Shown: one piece after another, positions 29,436-40,039 of the stretch
Position numbering within the stretch: position 1 is the stretch's first letter
Layout of the letters: each line of letters begins with the position of its first letter
Source of the DNA: a virus
Lineage: Duplodnaviria > Caudoviricetes
DNA length: 64,000 nucleotides
IMG/VR virus record: IMGVR_UViG_2791355120_000002
Coordinates: 13,121-77,120 of that record
Reading direction: 5' to 3' (one strand)
Program-made: the position numbers and the translations under genes
Notes under the pieces: generated by a model
What the model saw: only the letters and a program-made list of their open reading frames with translations
Databases searched by the model: none
Told to the model about the DNA's origin: nothing

Positions 29436-29667
29436 AGGATGGTCCTCAAAGGCTGAGCGAGTTTGTGCGCGAGTACGCGCATCGCAATTCCAGAATCAGG
29501 GACCTTGCGATCTCCCGTCGTCACGAGGACATTTTCGTCTGTGATCAGAAGGTTCTCACCAGGCGCAACATGGGCGGGAAAGGTGTGCCTCTCACCATGC
29601 ACGTATCGAAGGATGGCGGGCGTGCCATCGCCCTCCAGCTTGAACACGATGCCGATTCCTATTGGGC

Positions 29668-30747
29668 TCATATGTTGCCAACCTTCGCGACGACATCCCA
29701 TTTCGAGTCGGCCGCGTTGTAGACGAAGCCGAGGTACATCGTTTTGCCGGCAACAGTTGCTGTCGGAAGCTGAACGTCGGTGCCGGCCCGATAGATCGCG
29801 TTCCAGGCGAGCGCCTGAGATGCGCCGTTGTCCTTGATGCGAATCGTCAGGCGCTGACCATCGGTCGGCGTTCCCGAAGGTGCTGCAAACGTTCCGCCAA
29901 CCGCGAGCGCGGTGACATTGTACTGATCGTTGCTGTCGCCCACGGGGGTTACGGAGGCAGCACTGGCGACCGTCCCGATGCGCGGTGTAACGCGCTTGTT
30001 CGTCAGCGTAGCAACAGCAGAGTTCTTGGTCGCGTCAGACGTGTTGTCGACGTTACCAAGCCCTACGTCGCCCTTGACGAGTGACAGCAACGTCTTCATC
30101 GCCGCGTAGTTGGCAGCCTGAATGAACGAACGCCCGTTGGCCGACGCATCGGTGATGTCGGCTGCCGCAATCGCAAGCGCAGTTTTAAGAGCCGCCGCCG
30201 TAATGGCGCCCGTAAGACCTGCCACGGACAGCACCGCGTCCGTAGGTGTCAGAAGCTCCTTCCAGTCGGCCAGAGTCGATGGCGAGTTGGTTTGAAGGAC
30301 AAAGGACTTGTTGAGGTCCGTTCGAATGCAGATGTCGCCCTTTTGCGCGGTGAGCGCGAGCATCGCGGCCTGGGTCGAGACAACGAACGTATCCGTTATC
30401 GCCACGGCCGGCAGGACCGACGTATCCAGCAAGCCGCCAGCATCGAGCACCGGAACTTGGCCAGCGGCCGTGCCGGTGTCCTTGCTCGCGGCCGTGCCGA
30501 GCGTCGGCTTGCCGGTGAGATCGCTGTACGCGCCTGTGGACGCGACCGTCGACAGCGTGGGCTTACCGCTCAGATCGGCATAGGCGCCCGTCGTCGCAAC
30601 AGTGGCAATGTCCTCCGCGAGCTTGGCGCTGTCGGCAAGGTCTTTGACCCGCTGACGGATGTCGGCCGGCGAAATGTCGCCGGTCGTATTATCGGGAAGA
30701 TAGGTATCGGCGTCGCTGTTAAGCTGAGCCCTGGTGCGTGCAGTCAT
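29668..30747 (-). CDS. Tail fibre protein
   Basis: VATTGAYADLSGKP repeats; DVGLGNVDNTSD. Confidence 0.8.
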   Translation of the reverse strand: MTARTRAQLNSDADTYLPDNTTGDISPADIRQRVKDLADSAKLAEDIATVATTGAYADLSGKPTLSTVASTGAYSDLTGKPTLGTAASKDTGTAAGQVPVLDAGGLLDTSVLPAVAITDTFVVSTQAAMLALTAQKGDICIRTDLNKSFVLQTNSPSTLADWKELLTPTDAVLSVAGLTGAITAAALKTALAIAAADITDASANGRSFIQAANYAAMKTLLSLVKGDVGLGNVDNTSDATKNSAVATLTNKRVTPRIGTVASAASVTPVGDSNDQYNVTALAVGGTFAAPSGTPTDGQRLTIRIKDNGASQALAWNAIYRAGTDVQLPTATVAGKTMYLGFVYNAADSKWDVVAKVGNI

Positions 30748-30753
30748 GGTTGA

Positions 30754-31140
30754 TTAGTCCTGCGAGATGTCGAGTTCGCCGATCGGGAAGTCCAGCGTGT
30801 CGCCATTGTTGATGGCGATCGGAATGATGTCGTCCCAGGACAGCAGATTGCCGCCCGTTGCCGCGTCGAAGATGCCGACGTGGGTAATGGTGCCGAAGTT
30901 GCCGCCGACTGCCGTGAAGCTCACCACGCCCGTGTTCGAGACGACGCCACCTGAGGCAGCCGTGGCCATGGGAATGGCTTGCCGCGCGTAGCCGTTGCCC
31001 GCAACCTCGGTGCCGCCACCGGCATCCGTGGGCGCTGCGGTGTAGAGCGCCAGGTAGACCGCTGCGGGCGGCGTGAATGCCTGGCCACGGAAGAAGACAT
31101 CCAGAATTTTGTTTTCGAGGTAGTCAGAAAATCCAGCCAT
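30754..31140 (-). CDS. Tail-fibre structural protein
   Basis: YLALYTAAP...EV.G.GYARQ...ITHVGIFDA.TGGNLL. Confidence 0.8.
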   Translation of the reverse strand: MAGFSDYLENKILDVFFRGQAFTPPAAVYLALYTAAPTDAGGGTEVAGNGYARQAIPMATAASGGVVSNTGVVSFTAVGGNFGTITHVGIFDAATGGNLLSWDDIIPIAINNGDTLDFPIGELDISQD

Positions 31141-31161
31141 CGTTTCGATCCTTGGGAGTGA

Positions 31162-33723
31162 TTAGCGGAAGCCGGCATCGAAGCCGGCATCGAAGCCGCG
31201 TGCGGCTATCGCGCGCAGCGAACCGACGCCGGCAAACGCTGCCGAACGCCTGATCGTCTTGGTGTAGTTGGCCGACGTGGCGCCCGAGCCGGTGAAGGTG
31301 ACTGACGAGATGCGCCTGACGGTGTAGCCGGCAGCCATGCCACCAGCACCCATGAACAAGGCGCTGCTCGATAGGCGCTCACGCTTCGACGCGGCGGCCA
31401 TCATGCTGCCGGCGCCCACGAAGCTGGCCGTCGTGAAGAAGCGCGTGATCAGCTTCGCCATAAGCTCGTAGGCTTGCAGCGATTCGTTGCCGTCCTTCTC
31501 GGCGACAACCGAGATCAGGACGCGTTTCTGCCCTGCCACGTCGGTCAGCGGAATGACCTTCGAAGTGCCAGTGAGCCCCGCGTAGGTTTGCAGCGGCGTG
31601 CCGTCGAGCATCGACACAACGACCTTGGAGGTTTGCCCCGCCTCCCCTGCCACGTCGGCATCGGTCCACTTCATCGCCTGCGTGGACTCGAGTATGCGGT
31701 TGCGGTTCGCCCACGTGACGGTGAGTTCGGTTGCCTCGTTCGCGTCCACGTCGCCGAAGCCAACGCCGTTGACCTTCACGTCGGCCGGTCGGTTGGGCAG
31801 GTAAGGGCGCTCGCTCAGCGTCACGTTGACCTGCGGCGCGCTTGCCAGTGGGAGCACGCCGCCTGTGGTCCGCGTCAAAATCCAATAGGGCGTATCTTCG
31901 AAGGCCGAGCGGATGGTCGGGTCAACCACCAAGGTCGACGGCGGGATCACGAAGGCGCGGGTGCCGATCGGCCAGGCGCGCGGGATCGTGTCGAGCATAC
32001 CGCGATTGAGATGGAAGCCATCTTCGTCCACGGCCTGCACCGTGGCGATCTCGGTGTACTCATCCGGGCCGGTGCCGATTAGAACGAAGTCGCCGGACAC
32101 TGGCTCGGAACCGCGCAGGCCGGGCAGCGTCGAGACCGTGGTCTGCGCTTCGGCGACGAGCGGCGTTAGGAAGGCCCATGTGCCGCGATATGCGCTTGTG
32201 CCGAGGACCGATTGCGAGGGCGTGCCGTTCACATCGGTGACGTTCGACACTAGGTCGTAGTTCACGTCGTCGTCGCTGTCAGCGCCTACGGTCACGGCGC
32301 TGAGCACTTCGGGGTAGACCAGTTCGGACGGATCGGTGAGTTGGAGCGCTGCGGCCGTCATGAACGCCGGCGCGGTGCCCAACTGGTAATAGGTTGCCGG
32401 CGTGGGTGGCTGCGACGGGTTCTGCCACTGCGAGCCGCCCGGCGTCAGGTAGCTCGCCTGGTCGAGACCGAAGATGTCCTCGTAGAGCGACAGTTCGACG
32501 GTGTGATCCGTGAGGTTCACTTCCGAGACGCGGAAGATGATCTGATCAATGTTCCGCTCGGGCCAGGAGAGCTTGACCACGTTGCTGGCGGTGGTTTTCC
32601 AGAACTCCCGCGTCACCGTCGCTTGCAAGGTGGCGATCGGGGCCACCATCATGGCCAGGTCGCGGTCAGCCAGTTTGATGGCCAGTGCCTCATGCGACAC
32701 GCCATAGTAGTTCTGCGAGGTAGAAACGATGCCGCCCTGAGCCGCGATGCCGGCCAGGTCTTGTGAGGTTACAGTCGCTTCCTTGCCGGTCTCGGCATTG
32801 GTGTAGGTGACGACGACTTCGTTCGAGATTTCGCCCCACGTCTTGCGCTTGAAGGACGACAGCTTGGCGTTGCTCGGATTGATCTCGGGCAGCACGTCGA
32901 AATCATAGTCGGCGCGCAGCAGCTTCATCGTGTGCTTGCCGGTCGACGGATTGACGAACACAGCCGATTGAATGTGCGTGCTGATCTCGCCGATGAACTT
33001 TCCGACTTCGGTCTGCCGCATCCACAACATGGTCAGGCCAAAGCCTTCATCGTAGAGCGTCTGCGCGGAAGCTTCGAACGAAGCCTTGTCGATCGCGCTG
33101 GTCGGCTCACCCAAGCCCCAATCCGTGTTGGTGAGGCATTCGTAGGTCATGTGGCCGGGGTTCGAGGCGTACTGCGCGTTGCCGTTCGAATCGTCGGGAA
33201 TGCGGATGAGCGCTATGGCGGGATTGAGCCCGATCGACGGGCGCCGCACGCGCGCCGACAGGGTGCGCAGATACGGATTGTTGGCGCCGAGGTAGAAGCC
33301 AGCCTTGTTGTTGCCAGGATTGCCCATGAGGCCGGCGAGAATGCCGCTGGACCACCACGGCGGATTGCTCGGCTCGGCAGCTTCCTTAGTGCCGGTGAGA
33401 AAGAAGCTCGACAGTCCACGGAAGCCAGGGCAGGTGGCGCTGGTGAGCCCGAGGCGCTTTGCCAGTGTTTCCGGCATCGACTGGTCGGACTTGCCCGGCA
33501 GCCACCAGAGCAGGCCCTTGACGCCGCCTTCCTTCTTGATGCCGCCGAACAGATCAGGCTTGTTGATCGAAAAGACGCCCTGGTCCGCAGCCTCGCCGCG
33601 CCAGATTTCCTTGTCGCCGTAATTGAGCGCGATTAGCTGAAGCCCATCGCCGGCCGCGCAGATGCCCACATGCAGGGACATCGAATATTCGTGAACTTCT
33701 ACCTTTCCGCCAGATTTACCCAT
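31162..33723 (-). CDS. Tail tip/hub protein
   Basis: NPGH..YECLTN.DWGLG; ID.ASF...A.TLY.EGFGL (Chi/YuA-type). Confidence 0.85.
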   Translation of the reverse strand: MGKSGGKVEVHEYSMSLHVGICAAGDGLQLIALNYGDKEIWRGEAADQGVFSINKPDLFGGIKKEGGVKGLLWWLPGKSDQSMPETLAKRLGLTSATCPGFRGLSSFFLTGTKEAAEPSNPPWWSSGILAGLMGNPGNNKAGFYLGANNPYLRTLSARVRRPSIGLNPAIALIRIPDDSNGNAQYASNPGHMTYECLTNTDWGLGEPTSAIDKASFEASAQTLYDEGFGLTMLWMRQTEVGKFIGEISTHIQSAVFVNPSTGKHTMKLLRADYDFDVLPEINPSNAKLSSFKRKTWGEISNEVVVTYTNAETGKEATVTSQDLAGIAAQGGIVSTSQNYYGVSHEALAIKLADRDLAMMVAPIATLQATVTREFWKTTASNVVKLSWPERNIDQIIFRVSEVNLTDHTVELSLYEDIFGLDQASYLTPGGSQWQNPSQPPTPATYYQLGTAPAFMTAAALQLTDPSELVYPEVLSAVTVGADSDDDVNYDLVSNVTDVNGTPSQSVLGTSAYRGTWAFLTPLVAEAQTTVSTLPGLRGSEPVSGDFVLIGTGPDEYTEIATVQAVDEDGFHLNRGMLDTIPRAWPIGTRAFVIPPSTLVVDPTIRSAFEDTPYWILTRTTGGVLPLASAPQVNVTLSERPYLPNRPADVKVNGVGFGDVDANEATELTVTWANRNRILESTQAMKWTDADVAGEAGQTSKVVVSMLDGTPLQTYAGLTGTSKVIPLTDVAGQKRVLISVVAEKDGNESLQAYELMAKLITRFFTTASFVGAGSMMAAASKRERLSSSALFMGAGGMAAGYTVRRISSVTFTGSGATSANYTKTIRRSAAFAGVGSLRAIAARGFDAGFDAGFR

Positions 33724-34167
33724 TGGCGGCGTCCCTGGCCTTGATCATCGCGACTGCGCGATCAACCTGTGCATCGAGCCCATAGCCGCGCAGTTCGGAA
33801 GCCTTTGCGCCCTCCTTGATGAACCTGGCGAAGTCCAAGCCAGCCTCGTCCATGTGCTTCTTGACGCCCTTCACGCAGTAGAGGACGCGCAGATCGGCGA
33901 TCGTCAGATGCGGATCGTCGGCGCTCACGCGTCGACCTCCCGCGTCGTCGTTGCCTTGTCGCCGAACCAGAGGATGTTGAGGCCGTTTATGATCGGCTCT
34001 CCGAACGGCACCGGAATGGGACGGCCGCCCTCGGCGGTTGGGTTGTCCATGTCGGTGACTTCCTCAGACTTCGTGCTCTTGGGCTTGGGCATCAGCAGAT
34101 AGCCGAGCGCCTGCAGCCCGACGCCGATGATGAGATTGATCAGCAGTGGGAGCAGGAAGAACGGCAT
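33716..34167 (-). CDS. Two small tail assembly proteins (33716-33928, 33925-34167)
   Basis: YCVKGV...F and PTAEGGRPIPVPFG motifs. Confidence 0.75.
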
Positions 34168-34217
34168 AGGTCCACTAATCGCACGTTTTTAAGGGTTTGT
34201 CACGTTAAACGTGATTA

Positions 34218-35123
34218 TCAATAAAACTGGTTCTTCTGCGAGAGGGGATTTTCCAGCGGTATCCACGGCTGGCCACCGTAGTTCTTGATGTTTGGGCCGC
34301 CCGCCACGCTGTCGGTGTGCTGGTTGCAGCCGGTCATCAGGTGATTGCAGCCCCGGATCACCGACAGCGGCGTCCCTGCGGCCAGGCCGCGAGCAATGCC
34401 ACGGATGGTGATTTCGAGGCCATCAGCGCGCACGGACGAGATCGTGCGAAGCTCCTTCCGGCCGTTGTCCGAGTTCGCCCATTGCAGCAGACCGCCGACG
34501 TAGCGGCTCGCAGTGTCGCCGAGTGTCGTGTCGAGCGTGATCTTGTTGCGGGTGACGGAGGCCACCTGGCGCGCCACGGTCGCGGCAGCCTTGCTCGCCC
34601 GACACTGGTCGCCGAACAGAACGTGGGGACAGCCAACCTGGTAGTTCCGCCGCAGGCCCGGCCGCTTGATTGAAGTCGAGACCGGGACGCAGGACAGTTC
34701 CTGCTCGTTCGAATCGTTGTCCGCGCTCGACGTGATGCGGCCCATCCAGATCGCCGGGAAGTTTTCCTCGGTCACGTCGTCGCCGATATGCCCCTCGAAG
34801 ATCGTCAGGTTGACCACCTGCGAAGGCGGATAGGCGAGGAACAGATCATCCATCTCCGAGCCAAACGCCATGGTGATGGTGATGTCGGACTTGTCGAGCG
34901 TGCCGTCGTGCGAGATGTTGCTGTTCTTGATGGGCCACGGATCAAACTGAATGTTGACCGGATTGCCGTTCGCATCGAGCACCGGGCGCGTGATCGGCGC
35001 CTCGCCATTGTTGTAGGCGAACGGGCCGAGCGGCACATCGTCATCCGTGTCCGCGCCTTGGATCAGGTAGAGCCTGATCGGCTGCCCACGGTAGCGACTG
35101 GACTCGCGTGTATCCATGCTCAT
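34218..35123 (-). CDS. DUF2163/BR0599-type tail protein with Cys cluster
   Basis: CPHVLFGDQC...GCNH...C...NYGGQPWIP. Confidence 0.85.
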   Translation of the reverse strand: MSMDTRESSRYRGQPIRLYLIQGADTDDDVPLGPFAYNNGEAPITRPVLDANGNPVNIQFDPWPIKNSNISHDGTLDKSDITITMAFGSEMDDLFLAYPPSQVVNLTIFEGHIGDDVTEENFPAIWMGRITSSADNDSNEQELSCVPVSTSIKRPGLRRNYQVGCPHVLFGDQCRASKAAATVARQVASVTRNKITLDTTLGDTASRYVGGLLQWANSDNGRKELRTISSVRADGLEITIRGIARGLAAGTPLSVIRGCNHLMTGCNQHTDSVAGGPNIKNYGGQPWIPLENPLSQKNQFY

Positions 35124-35135
35124 TGAGATGTTCCT

Positions 35136-36755
35136 TTAGAGGCTGTCAGGGATGCCGAAGACGTAGTATCGGAGGCCGAGCGCCGTTGCTTGATGCATAG
35201 AGCCATCCCAATATCGATTATAAGTTGTTCCCCCTGCATTATCCGCAGTTTGCGGATTTGCTCCGGATAGATAGAAATCAACCGCGCTTTCGTCGGAATG
35301 AACCATCGCCCAAGTACTGTCGGCACTCGCGCGGCCGGTCCAACCGGCAGCGTCGGTGAATACCTTGTGATAGTTCCAGCGGCAGGAAAGCGGGCTTGTC
35401 CTACTATCGTAAACGACGCCTTGTTTTACGAATAGCTTTAGCGATGGCGACGGGTTATTTACCATCACCGTTGCCATTCTTTCGCCTTTGAACTTATTAG
35501 GCGACGCAACGACGGTTGGGAAATCACTTGTCCAATTCAAAAATCCTTCCGCAAGAATCGGCAAATATGCCAAGCGAGTATCAACGATGATGTCGTTGAG
35601 ATTTGGCGCAACATCGGACGAACCGGGACGCTTGATTTGAATGAAATCGTGTATCCCGTCGTTACCCTTGAGCAACACTTTCTTTCCGCCCGTCGTATGT
35701 ACGTCTTCGCTATCCGCAAAGATAACATATCGAATAGTAAGCGCCGTGGCTTTCTGGTTCGTTATTGTGACCTTCTGGTTAGCAACGTCGATGAAATATA
35801 CGAATTTCAATGACTTATCGGAGGCGATACTGTCATAATACGGCGGGTTCCAAAATTCGGTATCGGTCTGCCGTTTGATCATAAAGTCCATGTAAGTGAG
35901 CGGTGTAATCGGCAACGGACAGTGAATGTCCGCTGTGCCGGATGCTGCTACGGTAATGTCCCCCGCCGCCATGATCTTGGCGGGAATTTTGTCTTCATGA
36001 AAAATGAAATGGTCCGGATTACTATCGGCGACCGTGCGGCCGGGCAGCGCGAGACGCGCCGTTGTTGGGGCGATTAGCAATACCTCCTGTCCACTTACGG
36101 GAGACGTGGAAAAATCAGGCAATGCGTCGTCGCGCGCCGGCAATTGTAGGACCGATGTTTGATAACGAACGGTAGTGCCGAATTGTCTTGTCGGTTGTAC
36201 GTAAAACTCCCGCGAACCATTGGAACCGTACAAGTTGGAATCAATATACGCGGTCATCATGCTTCTAAATCCGGAGAAGCTTTCGACAAAGCCGTTTGAA
36301 GTTGCAAAACTGTCGTAATTAACAATCGCTCCGGTGTATGTATTTGCGGCTAGAGCAGGATCGATAAACCGCCATTCCATAATCGGCATGTAGCCAAACG
36401 GAAACCATCCTTCCGGGATGTATTTAGTTTGCGTCCCGCTTCCGCCGGTAAGATAAATAATCATCGCTTTACACGTCGTTCCGATATTGGACGCCGTATA
36501 CGGATGATCCCAATCCCCCTCCGTTGTGAAAAACCAATAGTTTGTATTCCAGCCGCCGCCCGACGCGTAGCGGCTGTCATAGCTTCCCTTTTCGCCGATA
36601 TCATAGACGTAACTGAGCTTGGTCCCGCTCAGACTGTCGAGCTTCATCTTGCCGGGATTCGATGCCGGCTCAGTACGGAGATCGGTCGCGTTGTTAAATG
36701 CTACCCTCAGCGCAGGAACGTTGCCCGCCGTCAGACCGAAACCAAGCTTTGGCAT
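35136..36755 (-). CDS. Putative receptor-binding/tail protein, lower GC
   Basis: Coupled to the upstream tail gene; beta-rich, aromatic-rich. Confidence 0.65.
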   Translation of the reverse strand: MPKLGFGLTAGNVPALRVAFNNATDLRTEPASNPGKMKLDSLSGTKLSYVYDIGEKGSYDSRYASGGGWNTNYWFFTTEGDWDHPYTASNIGTTCKAMIIYLTGGSGTQTKYIPEGWFPFGYMPIMEWRFIDPALAANTYTGAIVNYDSFATSNGFVESFSGFRSMMTAYIDSNLYGSNGSREFYVQPTRQFGTTVRYQTSVLQLPARDDALPDFSTSPVSGQEVLLIAPTTARLALPGRTVADSNPDHFIFHEDKIPAKIMAAGDITVAASGTADIHCPLPITPLTYMDFMIKRQTDTEFWNPPYYDSIASDKSLKFVYFIDVANQKVTITNQKATALTIRYVIFADSEDVHTTGGKKVLLKGNDGIHDFIQIKRPGSSDVAPNLNDIIVDTRLAYLPILAEGFLNWTSDFPTVVASPNKFKGERMATVMVNNPSPSLKLFVKQGVVYDSRTSPLSCRWNYHKVFTDAAGWTGRASADSTWAMVHSDESAVDFYLSGANPQTADNAGGTTYNRYWDGSMHQATALGLRYYVFGIPDSL

Positions 36756-38680
36756 CAGGGCACCGAGATCGAGATGAAGCCGTTGGTCAGGTCTATGACC
36801 ATGGAGCCCGAGGCGTTTTGCATCAGGCCTGCCGTCACGGTGCCGAGATTGGCATTGATAGCCGACAGGCTCGCGACGTTGAGCATGGTCGCGGTGATGG
36901 AACCGGCGATCAGGATGCTCGTGCGGAAGGACGTGATGTCTGCCTGAGTGGCGGTGATCGAGCCCGTCTTGATCTGCGAACCGTCGATGATCGTGCGGCC
37001 GTAGTCGTTGACCAGATCGATGCCGCCTTTGTAGGTGGCCAGCACGACCCGATCGGACTGGAAGGCGGTAGCCACCGTGGCAGAAGCAGCGAGCGTCGTG
37101 CTGCCCTTCACATAGTAGACGTAGAGCGTTCCGGTCGACCAGGTGGCGTTGCCGGCTGTGATGTTGAAGGTGGCAATATTGCCATCGTCGCCGATGTACT
37201 TGATCGTGCCAGCGGTCCACGAGACCTTGTTGGTGGTCGGGCTGTTCGCCTGGAACTCAAGCCCCTCAAGCGTGATGCCGCGCTGGCCGAACACAGCCTT
37301 CTCGGCAGTAATCGAGCCCGTGGCGATCGAGGCACCGTTGATGGACGTGCCATCGCCGGCAATCCAGTTGAACAGCGTCGTGCCGCCCGAGATGCTGATC
37401 TGGCCGGGCACGATCTTGGTGGTGCCTGCGTTGACGGCAGCGGCCGGGTTATCGAGGCTGAAATTGCCGTAGCTGCCCGCAACCACGATGTCGCCTGTCA
37501 TGATGCTGCCGGCGATGAGCTTCGAGGCGTCGAGATCGACGATATGCGCGTCCTCGATCACCGCCGACGCGATCTGAGCGGCGCCTGTGATGACGGCCGC
37601 ATTGGTGACAAGCTGGTTGGCGCCGATCGTCTGCGCGAGGATCAGGCCGCCATCCATGAAGGCCTTGCCTTCGACAAGCTGGAAGTCGTTGCCGCCTTTG
37701 TAGATGCCGAGGATCACGGAGTCGGCCGCGTAGAGCGCTGTCAGCGACGCGGTGGTGGTGATCTCCGTGTCGCCTGGCGTGTAGCGGACGTAGATCGTGC
37801 CAGCGGTCCAATCGACCTGGCCGGCCGGCAGCGCCTGAAGCGTGGGCACGTCGCCGGCAACACCGTAGCTGATCTGCCCTGCGGTCCAAGTCAAGCGGTT
37901 GCCGCTATCCTGTCCCGGCTGGAAGGTGATGCCGATCAGCGCGACCTTGATCTCGCCACGTATTTTGCCGGTCTCGGCGTTAGTCTCGGTCGACCAGGGC
38001 GATACGTTGCCCGAGGTATCGACGGCGCGCACCCAAAAATACAGGTGGGTTTCCATGTCGAGACCGGCGCGAACGAAGTTGTTGGCGAGTGTCGCGTGCG
38101 ACGGCGTTGCCGTTTCGAGTGGCGTTGTGTCGCTCGCGCTCTCGTAAATCTCGTAACGCGCCAGATCGGCCTCGGTGTTCGCCGTCCAACTGATCCAGAT
38201 GGACTCGAGTCCCGCCTTTGATGTGATCCCGATCGGCATGGCAGGCGGGATCGTGTCGCGCGCCGTGGTGTGCGTGACCACAGCCGAATAGACGGATGCA
38301 TTGCCGCTCTTGTCCACGGCGCGCAGCTTGGCGCTGTAGGTGACATTGGGCTTGGCGGCGGTAGCGTAGGTCTCGGCGGCGGTCTGGAAACCAACCCAAT
38401 CGCCACTGCCCTCCTTCACCTGAAGGTCATAGTAGAGGAAATCTTCCTCGCCGTTGAAGTCCCATGTGATCGTGAGGTAGGTCTGACCGTCCACCACGTT
38501 CGAGGACAGCAAGAGGCCACTCGGCACCGCAGGCGGATCGTGGTCGAACATCGCTGCGATTTCTTCCGGGCTCACCGAGCCCAAGGTGCCCGCAGCCGCG
38601 CCCGCGATGAGCAGGTTCAACTTCTCCCTGACGCTCAGGCCAGCTTCGCCGTTCTCGATTGGTGGGATGGTGACTGGCAT
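36755..38680 (-). CDS. Tail protein with fibronectin-III-like repeats
   Basis: VRAVD.SGN.S motif twice; C-terminal LSAINANLGTVTAG. Confidence 0.8.
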   Translation of the reverse strand: MPVTIPPIENGEAGLSVREKLNLLIAGAAAGTLGSVSPEEIAAMFDHDPPAVPSGLLLSSNVVDGQTYLTITWDFNGEEDFLYYDLQVKEGSGDWVGFQTAAETYATAAKPNVTYSAKLRAVDKSGNASVYSAVVTHTTARDTIPPAMPIGITSKAGLESIWISWTANTEADLARYEIYESASDTTPLETATPSHATLANNFVRAGLDMETHLYFWVRAVDTSGNVSPWSTETNAETGKIRGEIKVALIGITFQPGQDSGNRLTWTAGQISYGVAGDVPTLQALPAGQVDWTAGTIYVRYTPGDTEITTTASLTALYAADSVILGIYKGGNDFQLVEGKAFMDGGLILAQTIGANQLVTNAAVITGAAQIASAVIEDAHIVDLDASKLIAGSIMTGDIVVAGSYGNFSLDNPAAAVNAGTTKIVPGQISISGGTTLFNWIAGDGTSINGASIATGSITAEKAVFGQRGITLEGLEFQANSPTTNKVSWTAGTIKYIGDDGNIATFNITAGNATWSTGTLYVYYVKGSTTLAASATVATAFQSDRVVLATYKGGIDLVNDYGRTIIDGSQIKTGSITATQADITSFRTSILIAGSITATMLNVASLSAINANLGTVTAGLMQNASGSMVIDLTNGFISISVP

Positions 38681-38683
38681 CGG

Positions 38684-39985
38684 TCAGTCCTCCCACGCCG
38701 AGCCGTCCTGCCACTGGCCGGTGTCGCGCCAGTGGCCGGTCGCCAGAATCCAGTTGTTGCCGAAGCTTTCCTCAGCAGCCAGGTTGGCGAGCGTCGTGAA
38801 GGACATGGCGATGTTGGCCACGCCGTTCGTCACCCAATTGATCGTGAAGGTGTCGCTCGCGAAGCGGGCAACAAACATCCACGAGATAAGCTCGATCTCA
38901 TCTGCGGTCGCACCGATCGGCGTCTCGGTGGCAATCAGCGTGTCGCCGCTGTCGATCTGCCAAGCGCTGATCTCGTGCGGGATGAGCGTGCCGTCCTTTT
39001 TGCGGATCAGGATCGACTGGTGCGCGGGATCAGCTTGGTAGGCGTCGTAGAAGTCGGTGCCGGCGAACCGGATGTTCGAACCCGACATGCTCTTGATCGC
39101 CGGGAAGTCGTTGCCCCACGTCGGCACGTAGATTTCGCCTGCGCGACCGCGAGCACGAAGGAAGACATCGAGCATCGCCATCGCATCGGCGTGGCTCATG
39201 GCCATGTAGGTCGCGGTCAGCGTGCGCGATACCAGCGGGACAGGCGTGAAGGTCTTAGTGACGCCTCGGTCATAATCAACCGTCTCGAAGCCCATGTTGA
39301 AGGCCATCTGCGGCTGCTGCACGTAGTTGGGCTTCCGCAGCAGCACATAGCGGCCATAGAACAGGCCGGCCGGCCCGAAGATTTGCGTCGTTTCGCCGGT
39401 CGGGCCGTCGTCGAAGGGCAGCGGATCAGCTTCGCGAACAACGGTGCCAGGCTCGACTTCGAGCTTTAGCGACGACGTGGCGACAGCGGTGGTGTAGATC
39501 GAGAGCGTGGTCGCCTTGCCAAGACACGCGGGCAACAGCGGCAGCAGCGTTGCCCCCTGCCCCACGGCGCCGACAACGCCACTGGTCAGCACGACCTGGT
39601 TGCCGGAAACGAAGTCGATCGTGATCTTGCGCGACTTGCGGCCGGTCAGCAGCACGCAGGACATGCTGCCAGTCAGCCATGCGGGGACGCGATCAACGGT
39701 CAGCACCGTGCCGCCATCGGCGACGGTCTGTGTCAAGATCGCGCTGTCAGCCGAGAAGTCGCCGATCGTTACCTTGCCGTCGCGCGCCAGGTGCAGCGCG
39801 TCGTTGAAGCTGCGCAGCCGGTCGCCGTCGAGCAGAATAGCCGCCTCGATCGTGCGTCGCGGGTTGACGCGTTCGCCCCGACGCTGTTCCGTGCCATTGC
39901 GGCTCGTGAACACGTTGGTCTTGAACTCGTAGGTGTCGCGGACACCGTTCTGCCAATTGGGGACGATGGGAAGAAAAACGGCCAT
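38684..39985 (-). CDS. Distal tail protein
   Basis: PNW.NGV..TYEFKT......G.EQR; follows the tape measure gene. Confidence 0.75.
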   Translation of the reverse strand: MAVFLPIVPNWQNGVRDTYEFKTNVFTSRNGTEQRRGERVNPRRTIEAAILLDGDRLRSFNDALHLARDGKVTIGDFSADSAILTQTVADGGTVLTVDRVPAWLTGSMSCVLLTGRKSRKITIDFVSGNQVVLTSGVVGAVGQGATLLPLLPACLGKATTLSIYTTAVATSSLKLEVEPGTVVREADPLPFDDGPTGETTQIFGPAGLFYGRYVLLRKPNYVQQPQMAFNMGFETVDYDRGVTKTFTPVPLVSRTLTATYMAMSHADAMAMLDVFLRARGRAGEIYVPTWGNDFPAIKSMSGSNIRFAGTDFYDAYQADPAHQSILIRKKDGTLIPHEISAWQIDSGDTLIATETPIGATADEIELISWMFVARFASDTFTINWVTNGVANIAMSFTTLANLAAEESFGNNWILATGHWRDTGQWQDGSAWED

Positions 39986-40039
39986 GTTGCCCTTCACGTA
40001 TTGGCGTGAATCTACCGTTTAACGTGATTTTGTGCAACG

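Noticed and set aside
31165-31200. 12-bp tandem repeat encoding GFDAGFDAGF
   Set aside because: Short in-frame motif at a tail protein end; no sign of a diversity-generating system and no reverse transcriptase in the window.
35136-37220. 694-aa ORF as listed
   Set aside because: The first ~155 codons overlap the upstream tail gene out of frame; the coupled ATG at 36755 is the likelier start.
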